A stretch of DNA of 64,000 nt from Rhodospirillales bacterium (GTDB lineage: Bacteria > Pseudomonadota > Alphaproteobacteria > Acetobacterales > Acetobacteraceae). A program made the translations under genes and the position numbers. Location: the NCBI GenBank assembly GCA_947447625.1, contig CANFKS010000003.1, positions 899 to 64,898 on the forward strand. The letters run 5' to 3'. The number at the start of each line of letters is the position of its first letter. The stretch's first letter is position 1. A model generated the notes under the pieces. It searched no databases and was not told the origin of the DNA. It saw only the letters and a program-made list of their open reading frames with translations. Of this stretch, positions 50,090 through 62,778 are shown in pieces.

Positions 50090-50941
50090 ATGACCAAGAC
50101 CATCGCCTTCCAGGGCCGGCCCGGCGCCTATTCCGATCTCGCCTGCCGCAACGCCTATCCGGGCTGGACGACCCTGCCATGCGACACATTCGACGCTGCC
50201 ATGGAAGCGGTTCGTGACGGCACCGCCCAACTCGCCATGATCGCCTGCGAAAACAGCCTCGCCGGCCGAGTCGGTGATGTGCATTATCTGCTGCCGGACA
50301 GCGGCCTCTACGTCGTGGGGGAGCACTTCCAGCGGGTCGAGCATTGTCTGATCAGCCTCAAGGGCGCCAAAATCGAAAATCTGAAGCGGGCACATTCTCA
50401 TGTCGTGGCGCTCGGCCAGGTGCGCAAAATCGTGAAGGAACTCGCCCTTCAGCCGGTGGTCCAAGCCGATACGGCGGGCTCTGCCGAACTCATCGCGCAA
50501 TGGGGCAACCCCGAGGATTGCGCCATCGCCTCCTCCCTGGCCGCCGAGTTGTTTGACCTGGAAATCCTGCGCCACAACGTCGAGGACGCCGCGCACAATA
50601 CTACGCGCTTCTACGTCATGGCAGCCAAGCCGCAACAGCATACGCCGAACGAGACCGGACTGATGACAACCTTCGTTTTCCGCGTCCGCAACGTGCCCGC
50701 CGCCCTCTACAAGGCGCTTGGCGGCTTCGCGACGAATGGCGTCAACATGACCAAGCTCGAGAGCTATATGGTCGGCGGCCACTTCACTGCCACCCAGTTT
50801 CTCTGCGATGTCGAAGGCCATCCCGAACAGCCCGCCCTGCGGCGCGCCCTTGAGGAACTGACATTTTTCTCCCGCGAATCGCGCATCATGGGCGTCTATC
50901 CCACGGCACAGTTCCGCAAGGACCAGCAAAGCGGCGATTGA
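50090..50941 (+). CDS. pheA: Prephenate dehydratase
   Basis: 283 aa with a PDT domain carrying the NTTRFYV (TRF) motif and a C-terminal ACT domain. Confidence 0.9.
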   Translation: MTKTIAFQGRPGAYSDLACRNAYPGWTTLPCDTFDAAMEAVRDGTAQLAMIACENSLAGRVGDVHYLLPDSGLYVVGEHFQRVEHCLISLKGAKIENLKRAHSHVVALGQVRKIVKELALQPVVQADTAGSAELIAQWGNPEDCAIASSLAAELFDLEILRHNVEDAAHNTTRFYVMAAKPQQHTPNETGLMTTFVFRVRNVPAALYKALGGFATNGVNMTKLESYMVGGHFTATQFLCDVEGHPEQPALRRALEELTFFSRESRIMGVYPTAQFRKDQQSGD

Positions 50942-50966
50942 AGGATGACAGCAGGGCCGGGCGGAA

Positions 50967-51038
50967 TGGGCGGTGACGGGATCGAACCGCCGGCCATCTC
51001 GGTGTAAACGAGACGCTCTACCTCTGAGCTAACCGCCC
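50967..51038 (-). tRNA. tRNA-Val (anticodon TAC), CCA not encoded
   Basis: The reverse complement GGGCGGTTAGCTCAGAGGTAGAGCGTCTCGTTTACACCGAGATGGCCGGCGGTTCGATCCCGTCACCGCCCA folds as a cloverleaf: 7-bp acceptor, GCTC/GAGC D stem, TCTCG/CGAGA anticodon stem, loop TTTACAC, and a TTCGATC T loop. Confidence 0.93.
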
Positions 51039-51145
51039 AAAACAAAAAAATCGCCACACATGGCAGCGCCATCGTGACGGCTCGTCAACATGCCGAGATC
51101 TGGGCGGTCAACGGTATCCCGAAAACCGCCCAGCGTATCTGTGGC

Positions 51146-51418
51146 TCAGCCCAGAGCGTCTTTAAGGCCCTTGCCGGCCTTGAAGCGGACCGACGTGGTG
51201 GCTGCGATATCGATCTCGACCCCCGTGCGCGGGTCACGGCCCTTGGACGCCTTGCGGTGGGTAATGGCGAAGGTGCCAAACCCGACCAGGCGAACTTCTT
51301 CGCCGTCCTTCAGCGCGCCTTCGATGGCGCTCAGCACGGCTTCAACGGCCTCTGCCGCCTTGGCCTTCGGCGTCTCGGTGCGTGCAGCAACGGCAGCAAT
51401 CAAATCCATTTTGTTCAC
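51146..51418 (-). CDS. hupB: DNA-binding protein HU
   Basis: An internal GTG at 51418 (AGGGGG 7 nt upstream) gives the 90-aa (M)NKMDLIAAVAARTE...RLVGFGTFAITHRKASKGRDPRTG. The track ORF has an 18-aa extension. Confidence 0.9.
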   Translation of the reverse strand: MNKMDLIAAVAARTETPKAKAAEAVEAVLSAIEGALKDGEEVRLVGFGTFAITHRKASKGRDPRTGVEIDIAATTSVRFKAGKGLKDALG

Positions 51419-51548
51419 GGTGTAGCCCCCTGGTATGGTCAATCGAGCGTTAAGTTTGATGCTTATCGCCAATCGCGACGGATATTACAACCGCGAGTAG
51501 CGGACTCAGCCGCATTCGTCACGACCGGCGGCCACGGCCGAAGCGATC

Positions 51549-51576
51549 CACGGGCTCACCTGTCGGTGATCCCGTG
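51549..51576 (-). terminator. Stable stem-loop 20 nt downstream of lon stop (terminator/3' stabiliser candidate, no U-tract)
   Basis: On the plus strand: CACGGGCTCACC-TGTC-GGTGATCCCGTG, a 12-bp stem with one mismatch and a 4-nt loop. Confidence 0.35.
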
Positions 51577-51595
51577 TGAGCCGCTTCGTCTCGAG

Positions 51596-54091
<2,496 letters not shown>

Positions 54092-54261
54092 AATTTAGAC
54101 CTCCTACAGGACAGCCCACGCAGACTCCGCCCTGGTTTCAGGCGCGGACCGCGTTCCGGGGCGCTCGGTCTCCAGCGCCCCCGAAGGGCACGCCGGGCTC
54201 TGTCGCCGCCGGCCGGAACAGTCCGGATATCGGCACGCCCGGTGCGCGCCGCAAGACCTTG

Positions 54262-54297
54262 AAAAAATCACTGCTGCCCGCACGACACGGGCAACAG
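54262..54297 (-). terminator. Rho-independent terminator of clpX
   Basis: Minus-strand CTGTTGCCCG-TGTCGTG-CGGGCAGCAG (10-bp stem, 1 mismatch) followed by TGATTTTTTC. Begins 14 nt after the clpX stop. Confidence 0.6.
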
Positions 54298-54310
54298 AAC
54301 AGGCGGATGG

Positions 54311-55564
54311 TCAGGCACTTTCCTCGGCGCGTTCCTGGCCATAGACATAGACCGGATTGGCACGCGCTTCGGCCACTTCGCGATTGATCACCACCTCCTC
54401 GACACCATCGAGGCCAGGAAGATCAAACATCGTGCCAAGCAGGATCTGCTCCATGATCGAGCGCAAACCACGCGCACCCGTCTTGCGGGCAATCGCCCGC
54501 CGGGCGACCGACGACAAGGCGTCCTCGGTGAAATTCAGCTTGACCCCTTCCATTTCGAAAAGGCGGCCATACTGCTTCACCAAGGCATTCTTGGGCTTGG
54601 ACAGAATCTCGATCAGGGCGGCTTCGTCGAGATCCTCAAGCGTCGCAATCACCGGCAAGCGGCCGATGAATTCCGGGATCAGGCCAAACCGCAGCAGGTC
54701 TTCCGGCTCAACTTCACGCAGAATCGCACCCGTGCGGCGCTCATCCTCGCTGCGCACCTCCGCGCCAAAACCGATTCCAGCACCCTTGCCGCGAGCCGAG
54801 ATGATTTTCTCAAGACCGGCAAACGCACCACCGCAAATGAACAGGATGTTGGTGGTGTCGACCTGCAGGAACTCCTGCTGCGGATGCTTGCGCCCGCCCT
54901 GCGGCGGCACGGAGGCAACGGTGCCTTCCATGATCTTCAACAGCGCCTGCTGCACACCCTCGCCCGACACATCGCGCGTGATCGACGGATTGTCGGATTT
55001 GCGGCTGATCTTGTCGACCTCGTCGATATACACGATGCCGCGCTGCGCCCGCTCCACGTTGTAGTCGGCGGCCTGCAACAGCTTGAGGATGATGTTCTCG
55101 ACATCCTCGCCGACATAGCCCGCTTCGGTCAGCGTCGTCGCATCCGCCATGGTAAACGGCACGTCGATGATACGGGCCAGGGTCTGGGCCAGCAGCGTCT
55201 TGCCCGAACCCGTCGGCCCCAATATCAGGATGTTCGACTTGGCGATCTCGATGTCGTTGTTCTTCGCGCCATGCGCCAACCGCTTGTAATGGTTGTGCAC
55301 CGCAACACTCAGCACCTTCTTCGCGTGCGCCTGGCCGATGACATAGTCATCAAGGACCTTGCAGATCTCCTTCGGAGTCGGCACCCCGTCACGCGACTTG
55401 ACGAGGTGCGTTTTGTGCTCTTCACGGATGATATCCATGCAGAGCTCGACGCACTCGTCGCAGATGAACACAGTTGGACCCGCGATAAGTTTGCGGACCT
55501 CGTGCTGCGACTTGCCGCAGAACGAGCAATAGAGGGTGTTCTTTGAATCGCCGGATTTGCTCAT
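54311..55564 (-). CDS. clpX: ATP-dependent Clp protease ATP-binding subunit ClpX
   Basis: ATG 55564 (AGGGG SD) gives [30 protein letters not shown] (zinc-binding domain). Walker A GPTGSGKT. Confidence 0.97.
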   Translation of the reverse strand: MSKSGDSKNTLYCSFCGKSQHEVRKLIAGPTVFICDECVELCMDIIREEHKTHLVKSRDGVPTPKEICKVLDDYVIGQAHAKKVLSVAVHNHYKRLAHGAKNNDIEIAKSNILILGPTGSGKTLLAQTLARIIDVPFTMADATTLTEAGYVGEDVENIILKLLQAADYNVERAQRGIVYIDEVDKISRKSDNPSITRDVSGEGVQQALLKIMEGTVASVPPQGGRKHPQQEFLQVDTTNILFICGGAFAGLEKIISARGKGAGIGFGAEVRSEDERRTGAILREVEPEDLLRFGLIPEFIGRLPVIATLEDLDEAALIEILSKPKNALVKQYGRLFEMEGVKLNFTEDALSSVARRAIARKTGARGLRSIMEQILLGTMFDLPGLDGVEEVVINREVAEARANPVYVYGQERAEESA

Positions 55565-55655
55565 GGGCACCCCTGGCCCGGCATCCCGGGCACGCAAGAC
55601 GGCGAGTGTAACCCCCCCAGGGCGGAGGGGACAAGACGCAGAAAATTCACGCGGA

Positions 55656-56306
55656 TCAGCTCTTCGTATCCGAATCGGCCGGCACCGGGCGGCTCTCGAC
55701 CACTTCGTCGATCAGCCCGAACGCCTTGGCCTCCTCGGCGTTAAGGTAGGTGTCGCGTTCCATATTTTTCTCGATCTCTTCGAGCGATTGCCCGGTATGG
55801 TGAACATACATCCTGTTCAGCCGCTCGCGGGTCTTGAGAATTTCGCGCGCCTGGATGGCGATATCCGTCGCCTGGCCCTGTGCGCCGCCGGAAGGCTGAT
55901 GGATCATCACCTGGCTGTTCGGCAGAGCAAAGCGCTTGCCCTTCGCGCCGGCGGTCAGCAGCAGGCTGCCCATCGAGGCGGCCATGCCGACGCACACCGT
56001 CGACACCGGGCTGCGAATATACTGCATGGTGTCGTAGATCGCGAGACCAGCCGTCACCACGCCGCCGGGGCTGTTGATATAAAACGAAATTTCCTTGTTG
56101 GGATTCTCGCTCTCAAGGAACAGCAGCTGCGCGCAGAGCAGCGATGAGACCTGGTCATAGACCGGCCCGGTCAAGAAAATGATCCGCTCCTTCAACAGGC
56201 GCGAATAGATGTCATACGCACGTTCCCCGCGGGCGGTCTGCTCGACCACCATCGGCACGAGGCCGTTGTTATAGATTTCGACCGGATCCCGATCCCGCAT
56301 GGCCAT
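55656..56306 (-). CDS. clpP: ATP-dependent Clp protease proteolytic subunit
   Basis: 216 aa with catalytic regions GMAASMGS (Ser) and MIHQP (His). Confidence 0.97.
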   Translation of the reverse strand: MAMRDRDPVEIYNNGLVPMVVEQTARGERAYDIYSRLLKERIIFLTGPVYDQVSSLLCAQLLFLESENPNKEISFYINSPGGVVTAGLAIYDTMQYIRSPVSTVCVGMAASMGSLLLTAGAKGKRFALPNSQVMIHQPSGGAQGQATDIAIQAREILKTRERLNRMYVHHTGQSLEEIEKNMERDTYLNAEEAKAFGLIDEVVESRPVPADSDTKS

Positions 56307-56439
56307 ACCCCTCGCTCCAACCTATCCACTCCGATGCAGCAATCCTGCACCGGAGGGTATCAATATCTCGTAAATAGGCGGGCGCGGGCACGCTGTCAGC
56401 CCGGCGCGGCCCCGCCCGGGCGTTTGACCGGGCGGAAGC

Positions 56440-57768
56440 TCATTCCGCCGCCGCCCGCTCCTTGGTCAGTTCTTCCAGAGAAACCGGCGTTTCCGTCACT
56501 TTTGCGAGCTCGATGACGAAATCGACCACTTTTTCCTCAAGGATCGGACCACGCAGCGATTCGGCCGCCTGCGGGTTCTTGCGGAAAAAATCCATGATCA
56601 TCTGTTCCTGGCCCTGGTAACGCGATGCTTCCTGGCGCATCGCCCGGTTCATCTCGTCAGGCCCGACCTGGATGTTGTTGGCGCGCCCGATCTCGGACAG
56701 CAGCAGCCCGAGCTTCACGCGCCGCTCGGAGATGGCGCGATACTCGCTCTTCAGCGTGTCCTCGTCCTTCGCCTTGTCTTCCTCATCGAGCTCACCCTTG
56801 GCCTTGTCAGCCTCGATGCGCTGCCAGATCGTGTCGAATTCGGCCGTCACCATGCTGTCAGGCGCGGGGAAATCGGCCAGCTTGGCCAACGCGTCGAGCA
56901 GTTCGCGCTTGAGACGGCCACGCGAAACCTGATCATACTCGCGCTGCATCTGCTGGGAAATCAGGTCCCGCACGCGGGCGATTTCCTCAAAGCCGAGCTT
57001 CTTGGCCAGATCATCATCGATCGCCGGAGTCTGGCGGCTCTTCAGCGTCTTGGCGGTGATGTCAAAACGCGCCTTCTTGCCCGCCAGGTTCGCAGCCCCA
57101 TAATCCTCGGGGAACGTCACCTCGATGGTCCTGTTTTCGCCCGGCGCAAGGCCCACGCACTGTGACGTGAAGCCCTCGATGAAGCCGGGCCCATCGACCT
57201 CAAGATCGATATCCTCCGCCGTGCCGCCCTCGAACGCCACATCGTCGACCTTGCCAACGAAATCGACGCTGAGAATGTCGCCCTTCACGGCGGGGCGAAC
57301 CTCGTCGATGGCAACCATGTCCGCATTGCGGTTCGCAATTTCCGTCAACGCCTTCACGATCGCCTCCTCGTCCGGCGTCGCCTTCAGGCGCGTCAGCGCG
57401 ATGGCGCCGAAATCGGGCAACTTGATCTCGGGCAGCAGTTCCACCTCGACGTTGAACGCCAGGTCCGTGCCCTCGTCGATCGACACCACGTCAACCTTCG
57501 GCTGCACCGCCGGGCGCAGGCCCCGATCGGTCATCACCTGCTGGGTGGCGCCATTGACGCTCTCTTCCAGCACTTCAGCCATGATCGCCTGCCCATAGCG
57601 CTTCTTGATCACGCCAGCCGGCACTTTGCCGGGGCGGAAGCCAGGAATGTTGGCGGTGCGGGTGATCTCGGCCAGCCGCTTGGCGCGACGCGCATCGATA
57701 TCAGCCGCCGGAACAACCACGCTCCACGCGCGCTTGAGCCCATCGGAAAGCGTCTCGGTGACCTGCAT
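56440..57768 (-). CDS. tig: Trigger factor
   Basis: The track ORF extends to 57900 across tRNA-Leu. ATG 57768 gives MQVTETLSDGLKRAW..., a 442-aa trigger factor with N-terminal ribosome-binding GFRPGKVP. Confidence 0.93.
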   Translation of the reverse strand: MQVTETLSDGLKRAWSVVVPAADIDARRAKRLAEITRTANIPGFRPGKVPAGVIKKRYGQAIMAEVLEESVNGATQQVMTDRGLRPAVQPKVDVVSIDEGTDLAFNVEVELLPEIKLPDFGAIALTRLKATPDEEAIVKALTEIANRNADMVAIDEVRPAVKGDILSVDFVGKVDDVAFEGGTAEDIDLEVDGPGFIEGFTSQCVGLAPGENRTIEVTFPEDYGAANLAGKKARFDITAKTLKSRQTPAIDDDLAKKLGFEEIARVRDLISQQMQREYDQVSRGRLKRELLDALAKLADFPAPDSMVTAEFDTIWQRIEADKAKGELDEEDKAKDEDTLKSEYRAISERRVKLGLLLSEIGRANNIQVGPDEMNRAMRQEASRYQGQEQMIMDFFRKNPQAAESLRGPILEEKVVDFVIELAKVTETPVSLEELTKERAAAE

Positions 57769-57811
57769 CTCTCGGAAAACCCTCATCAAGAACGCCCAGA
57801 GCGAGCCGCGG

Positions 57812-57896
<85 letters not shown>

Positions 57897-58057
57897 CCAC
57901 GAACTACCCGGCCGCGACCGTGAAGGCGGGGATTTAGCGCAGCCGGATGCGACTCACAAGGGCGGTTCTCACGCAGCGCGCGCAGCAGGGGACACACGGG
58001 TCGGCGATGGCGGCCCGCCATGAACCCTGCGGGCGGCCACCGAGGTCCAGATCTTGC

Positions 58058-58104
58058 GGCTGTCCAGACACCCGGCTGTCCAGACACCCGGCTGTCCAGA
58101 CACC
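58058..58104. repeat. 16-bp tandem repeat GGCTGTCCAGACACCC x2.9
   Basis: Copies at 58058-58073, 58074-58089 and 58090-58104. Each contains TGTC-CA-GACA. A partial GGTCCAGA lies at 58044-58051. Intergenic, between the metH stop and tRNA-Leu. Confidence 0.85.
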
Positions 58105-58294
58105 TTCCCCCAGCAGTTGATCCGCCGCCACCGACGGTCAATCACCCACCGCAAGCCCGGGCGCGCGGAGCGCCTCGGCGCCGGCATCGAACAGCATCGC
58201 CGCACTGATACCATCGATCAGCAGGCCGTAACCGCACCACTCCAGCCGCCGCCGACCCCCGACCCCCGACCCGCGCCCATCGCGCACAAACACG

Positions 58295-61200
58295 TCACAC
58301 CGAAAAATACTTCGCCTGCGGATTCAGCACCACAATCGCGCTCGTCGACTGCTCCGGATGCAACTGCCACTCGTCCGACAGCGAAACCCCGATCCGCTCC
58401 GCCCCCAGCAGCCGCATGATCGACGCCTGGTCCTCCAGGCGCGGACAGGCCGGGTAGCCGAACGAATACCGGCTCCCGCGATAACCCTGGGCCAGCATCC
58501 TCTCCATGTCCCGGTCGTCCTCGCCAGCGAACCCGCATTCGGCGCGGATCCGCTTGTGCATATACTCCGCCATCGCCTCCGCCATCTCCACGGACAGCCC
58601 GTGCAGATACAGATAATCCTGATACCGGTTGTCCTCGAACCACAGCCGCGCCGTGTCGGACGCCTTCTGCCCGACCGTCACCACCTGCAACCCGATCACA
58701 TCGCGCTGCGCATCGTCGATATCGCGGAAGAAGTCGGCGATGCACGCGCCGTCCTCCTTCGGCTGGCGCGGAAGGGTGAACCGCGCCGCCTCGGTGGTGC
58801 CGTCGGTCTCGAAAATCACCAGGTCGTTGCCCTGCCCAGCCGCCTTCCAATACCCATAGCTCGCCTGCGGCTTCAGGATGTCCTGCGCCTCGCACAGCGC
58901 CAGCATCCGCCGCATCACCGGGCGCAACTCCTGGCGCGCCCAGCCCAGAAACTCCTCCAAAGTCCGCCCCGCCTTCCGGAAGCCCCATTGGAACTGGTAG
59001 AGGCTGCGCTCGTTGACGAACGGCACCACCGCCTTGGGCGGCGCCTCGACGATGCGCGCGCCCCAGAACGGGGGCTCGAACGGCGCCACATCCTGCGTCA
59101 ACCGCCGCCGCCGCTGCTGCACCGCCGCCACATCCACCGGCTGAAACGCCCGCGCATCGGCCTGGCCCAACGTCCGGCTCGTGTTGCGCGCCTTGCCGGC
59201 CCGCTTGGCCTGGGTCGCCGCCAAATAATCGTCGAACCCGTTGCCCGTCACCCGATCCATCAAATGCAGCCCATCGAATGCATCCCGCGCATACGCCACC
59301 CGCCCCGACGCATACGAGCGCACGCAATCATCCTCCACATAATTCCGCGTCAACGCCGCACCGCCCAACAGCACCGGCACATCCAGCCCCTGGCGCGACA
59401 TCTCCTCCAAATTCTCCCGCATCACCACCGTCGACTTCACCAGCAGCCCCGACATGCCGATCGCATGCGCGCGATGCTGCTTCACCGCCGCCACCATGTC
59501 CGCCAAAGGCACCTTGATGCCGAGATTGATCACCCGGTAGCCGTTGTTGGTCAGAATGATGTCCACCAGGTTCTTGCCGATGTCGTGCACATCGCCCTTC
59601 ACCGTGGCGAGCACGATGGTGCCCTTCTCCTGGCCATCCACCCGCTCCATCAGCGGCTCCAGATACGCCACCGCCGCCTTCATCGTCTCGGCCGATTGCA
59701 GCACGAACGGCAACTGCATCTTGCCCGCGCCAAACAACTCGCCCACCACCTTCATCCCGTCGAGCAGGATGTTATTGATGATATCCAACGGCTTGTGAAC
59801 CTTCAGCGCCGCATCGAGCTCGTCCCCGAGCCCCTTGCGATCGCCATCCACGATCCGGTCCTTGAGCCGCCCCTCGACGGTTTCCGACTTCGTCTTCTTC
59901 ACCGCATCCGCCAGCTTGCGATCCGCAAACAACTCCAGCAGCCGCTGCAACGGGTCATACCCCTCCCGCCTGCGATCGAAAATCAGGTCCTCGCAAACCT
60001 GCACCTCCTCCGCCGCGATCAGGTGCAGCGGGCGGATTTTCGACACATGCACAATCGCCCCCGTCATCCCGGCCTTCACCGCATGGTCGAGAAACACCGA
60101 ATTCAGCACCGCCCGCGCCGCCGGATTGAGCCCGAAGGAGATATTGGACAGCCCCAGAATGATCTGGATCTCCGGAAACCGGTCCCGGATCATCCGGATG
60201 CCTTGCAATGTCCACTGCCCCAGCTTGCGATCATCCTCGCTCCCCGTCGCAATCGTGAACGTCAGCGGGTCGATCAACAGGTCCGACTGCGCCAGCCCAT
60301 GCGTGTCGCAGGCAAACGCCACCAGCCGCGCCGCCACATCGAGCTTCTCCTGCGGTGACTTCGCCATCCCCTTCTCGTCGATCGTCAGCGCGATCACTGC
60401 CGCGCCGAACCGCTTGGCCAGCACCAGCCGATCCGCCGCCGCCTGCTCGCCGTCCTCGAAGTTGATCGAATTGATGATCGCCTTGCCGCCATGCAGCTTC
60501 AGCGCCGCCTCGATCACCGGCGTCTCCGTGCTGTCGATCACCAGCGGCGAATTGACCGACGACGTAAACCGGCGGATCACCTCGTTCATCTCGAATATCT
60601 CGTCGCGCCCCACAAAGGCCGTGCAGATATCGAGGCTGTTGGACCCTTCCCCGATCTGCTCGCGCCCCATCGCCACGCAGCCGTCCCAATCCGCGTTTTC
60701 CTGCAACTCCCGCCATTTCCTGGAACCATTGGCGTTGCAGCGCTCGCCGATCGAGAAATACGCATTCTCCTGGCGCAGCGCCACCGGCTGATACAGGCTC
60801 GCCACCGAGGGCACCCAAAACGATTTCCGCGCAATCGGCGCCGGGCGAAACCCGCCCCGCCGGCGCAGCATCCCATCCAGCGCCGCCACATGCTCGTGCG
60901 TCGTGCCACAGCACCCGCCGATCAGATTGACCCCATCCTCCGCCACAAAGCGCTCAAGCCAACTCGCCATGTCCGCCGCGCTCAACGGATAATGCGTCCG
61001 CCCATCCACCAGCTCCGGCAACCCCGCATTCGGCATGATCGCCAGCAGATGCGGCCAGTTCGACGACAGCCAGCGCAGATGCTCCGCCATCTCCTGCGGC
61101 CCGGTGCCGCAATTCATCCCCATCATCGGCACATCGAGCGCATGCACCACCGTCGCCGCCGCCGCGATATCGGGGCCCACCAGCAGCGTCCCCGTGGTCT

Positions 61201-61780
61201 CCACCGTCACATTGACGAAGATCGGCGTATCCGTCCCCGCCGCCGCCCGCGCCCGCTTGGCCCCATTGACGGCCGCCTTGATCTGCAGCGTGTCCTGGCA
61301 GGTCTCGATCAGAATGGCATCGACCCCGCCGGCGATCAGCCCGCGGCTCTGCTCGGCCAGCGCCGCCTCCAGCGGATCATAGGCGATGTTGCCGAGGCTC
61401 GGCAGCTTGGTCCCCGGCCCGATCGAACCCAGCACCCAGCGCGGCCGCCCATCGACGAATTCGGCCGCCGCCTCGCGCGCGATCTCCCCGGCCCGCTTGT
61501 TGATCTCGAACGCCTTGTCCGTCAGATCGAACTCCGACAGCGTCACCGGCGAGGCCCCGAAACTGTTGGTCTCCACCATGTCCGCCCCGGCCGCGAAATA
61601 GGCGCGATGCACATCGCGCACCAGATCGGGCCGCGACAGGCACAAAATATCCGTGCAATTCTCCCGCCCCCAATAATCCGCCTCGATATCAAGCGTGAGG
61701 GCCTGCACATGGCTCCCCATCCCGCCATCGGCGAGCAACACCCGCTCGCGCAGCGCATCGAGAATGTGTGGACGGGTCAT
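58295..61780 (-). CDS. metH: Cobalamin-dependent methionine synthase
   Basis: ATG 61780 (ATGA overlap with the upstream stop) gives MTRPHILDALRERVLLADGGMG. All modules are present: Hcy-binding, pterin-binding, B12-binding (GDVHDIGKN) and the AdoMet reactivation domain. Confidence 0.97.
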   Translation of the reverse strand: MTRPHILDALRERVLLADGGMGSHVQALTLDIEADYWGRENCTDILCLSRPDLVRDVHRAYFAAGADMVETNSFGASPVTLSEFDLTDKAFEINKRAGEIAREAAAEFVDGRPRWVLGSIGPGTKLPSLGNIAYDPLEAALAEQSRGLIAGGVDAILIETCQDTLQIKAAVNGAKRARAAAGTDTPIFVNVTVETTGTLLVGPDIAAAATVVHALDVPMMGMNCGTGPQEMAEHLRWLSSNWPHLLAIMPNAGLPELVDGRTHYPLSAADMASWLERFVAEDGVNLIGGCCGTTHEHVAALDGMLRRRGGFRPAPIARKSFWVPSVASLYQPVALRQENAYFSIGERCNANGSRKWRELQENADWDGCVAMGREQIGEGSNSLDICTAFVGRDEIFEMNEVIRRFTSSVNSPLVIDSTETPVIEAALKLHGGKAIINSINFEDGEQAAADRLVLAKRFGAAVIALTIDEKGMAKSPQEKLDVAARLVAFACDTHGLAQSDLLIDPLTFTIATGSEDDRKLGQWTLQGIRMIRDRFPEIQIILGLSNISFGLNPAARAVLNSVFLDHAVKAGMTGAIVHVSKIRPLHLIAAEEVQVCEDLIFDRRREGYDPLQRLLELFADRKLADAVKKTKSETVEGRLKDRIVDGDRKGLGDELDAALKVHKPLDIINNILLDGMKVVGELFGAGKMQLPFVLQSAETMKAAVAYLEPLMERVDGQEKGTIVLATVKGDVHDIGKNLVDIILTNNGYRVINLGIKVPLADMVAAVKQHRAHAIGMSGLLVKSTVVMRENLEEMSRQGLDVPVLLGGAALTRNYVEDDCVRSYASGRVAYARDAFDGLHLMDRVTGNGFDDYLAATQAKRAGKARNTSRTLGQADARAFQPVDVAAVQQRRRRLTQDVAPFEPPFWGARIVEAPPKAVVPFVNERSLYQFQWGFRKAGRTLEEFLGWARQELRPVMRRMLALCEAQDILKPQASYGYWKAAGQGNDLVIFETDGTTEAARFTLPRQPKEDGACIADFFRDIDDAQRDVIGLQVVTVGQKASDTARLWFEDNRYQDYLYLHGLSVEMAEAMAEYMHKRIRAECGFAGEDDRDMERMLAQGYRGSRYSFGYPACPRLEDQASIMRLLGAERIGVSLSDEWQLHPEQSTSAIVVLNPQAKYFSV

Positions 61781-62778
61781 GACGTGGCTTCCATATCGTG
61801 ATCGTGGGCGGCAGAGACGAAATCGGCGCAAACCGGGCGCGCAGCATGGACAGCGGACCAGATGCGCACATCCAATGGCCCCGCAACCGTTTGCATTTTG
61901 TGAACCGCAAGCCCCGCCTTCGCGAGCAGATGCACAATTTCAGTGTCGGGAAACCCGCTCCAGCGATGCGCCAGACGGCGAACGCTCGCCTGGTCCCGGT
62001 GCTGCGCGAGGTCAACGACAATCAACCGCCCCCCCGCCCGCAACACCCGCGCCGCCTCGGCCAGCGCGGCATCGAGGTCCTCGGCGTAATGCAGCACCAT
62101 CTGCATCACCACCACATCGAACACCGAATCGGGCAGCGGCAGCCGATACATATCGCCCTGCCGAACCGAACAATGCCCAAGCCCCGGCTTGGCCAGCCGC
62201 GTTCGTGCCAGCGCCAGCATCGACCGGCTCGCATCCACCCCCAGCGCCGCCGCCACACGCGGCGCCACCCGCTCCAGCAGCGCCCCGGTGCCGGTCCCGA
62301 TATCGAGCAGATGGCTGATATGCGCCGGCAACGCCTCCAGCAGCGCGTCCTCCACCGCCTCGGCCGGCAAATGCAACGCCCGCATCTCATCCCAATCCGC
62401 CCCGGCCCGCTGGAAACTCTCCGAAGCAACCCGCGCCCGCTCCGCCAACACCCGCGCCGCCTGCCGCCGGTCGGCCGCCAGCATCGGGTCCTCCTCCGGA
62501 ATCCGCGCCAGCAACAGCCGCGCCAACGCCCCGCCCGGCGTCGCCACCGGCGGCAAGGTGAACCAGGTGTTGGCCCCCTCCCGCGCCCGATCAAGCAGCC
62601 CAGCCTCACCCAGCAACCGCAGATGCCGGGACAGCCGAGGCTGCGACTGCGCCAGGATTTCCGCAAACTCCGTCACACAAAACTGCCCCCCGGCCGCCAA
62701 CGCCAGAAGCCTCAACCGCGTCGGCTCCGCAGCCGCGCGCAAAGCGATCAGAACATGTTCCATGGCTTGCCATCGCAT
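61777..62778 (-). CDS. sahR: ArsR-type HTH fused to SAM-methyltransferase-like domain (SahR-like regulator of the methyl cycle)
   Basis: The N-terminus has ALRAAAEPTRLRLLALAA..FCVTEFAEILAQSQPRLSRHLRLLGEAGLL (ArsR HTH). The C-terminus has LLDIGTGTG (class I MTase motif I). Translationally coupled to metH. Start is 62778 (AAGGA SD) or 62763. Confidence 0.7.
   Translation of the reverse strand: MRWQAMEHVLIALRAAAEPTRLRLLALAAGGQFCVTEFAEILAQSQPRLSRHLRLLGEAGLLDRAREGANTWFTLPPVATPGGALARLLLARIPEEDPMLAADRRQAARVLAERARVASESFQRAGADWDEMRALHLPAEAVEDALLEALPAHISHLLDIGTGTGALLERVAPRVAAALGVDASRSMLALARTRLAKPGLGHCSVRQGDMYRLPLPDSVFDVVVMQMVLHYAEDLDAALAEAARVLRAGGRLIVVDLAQHRDQASVRRLAHRWSGFPDTEIVHLLAKAGLAVHKMQTVAGPLDVRIWSAVHAARPVCADFVSAAHDHDMEATS

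Noticed and set aside
50942-51145. Genomic-island or integrase insertion at tRNA-Val (and at tRNA-Leu, 57812-57896)
   Set aside because: Both tRNAs are flanked directly by conserved housekeeping genes (pheA/hupB, tig/metH). I saw no integrase, direct repeat of the tRNA 3' end, or compositional break.
54226-54255. Sigma-32-like heat-shock promoter upstream of lon (minus strand CTTG-N18-CCGATAT)
   Set aside because: It is only a partial match to CTTGAA/CCCCAT-type consensus and the spacing is at the limit. This is not enough support to call without TSS data.
58358-61801. Long plus-strand ORFs (666 aa, 318 aa, 436 aa) across the metH locus
   Set aside because: They are antisense shadows of metH, extremely rich in R/P/H/L/Q and of low complexity. 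metH on the minus strand carries all canonical motifs.
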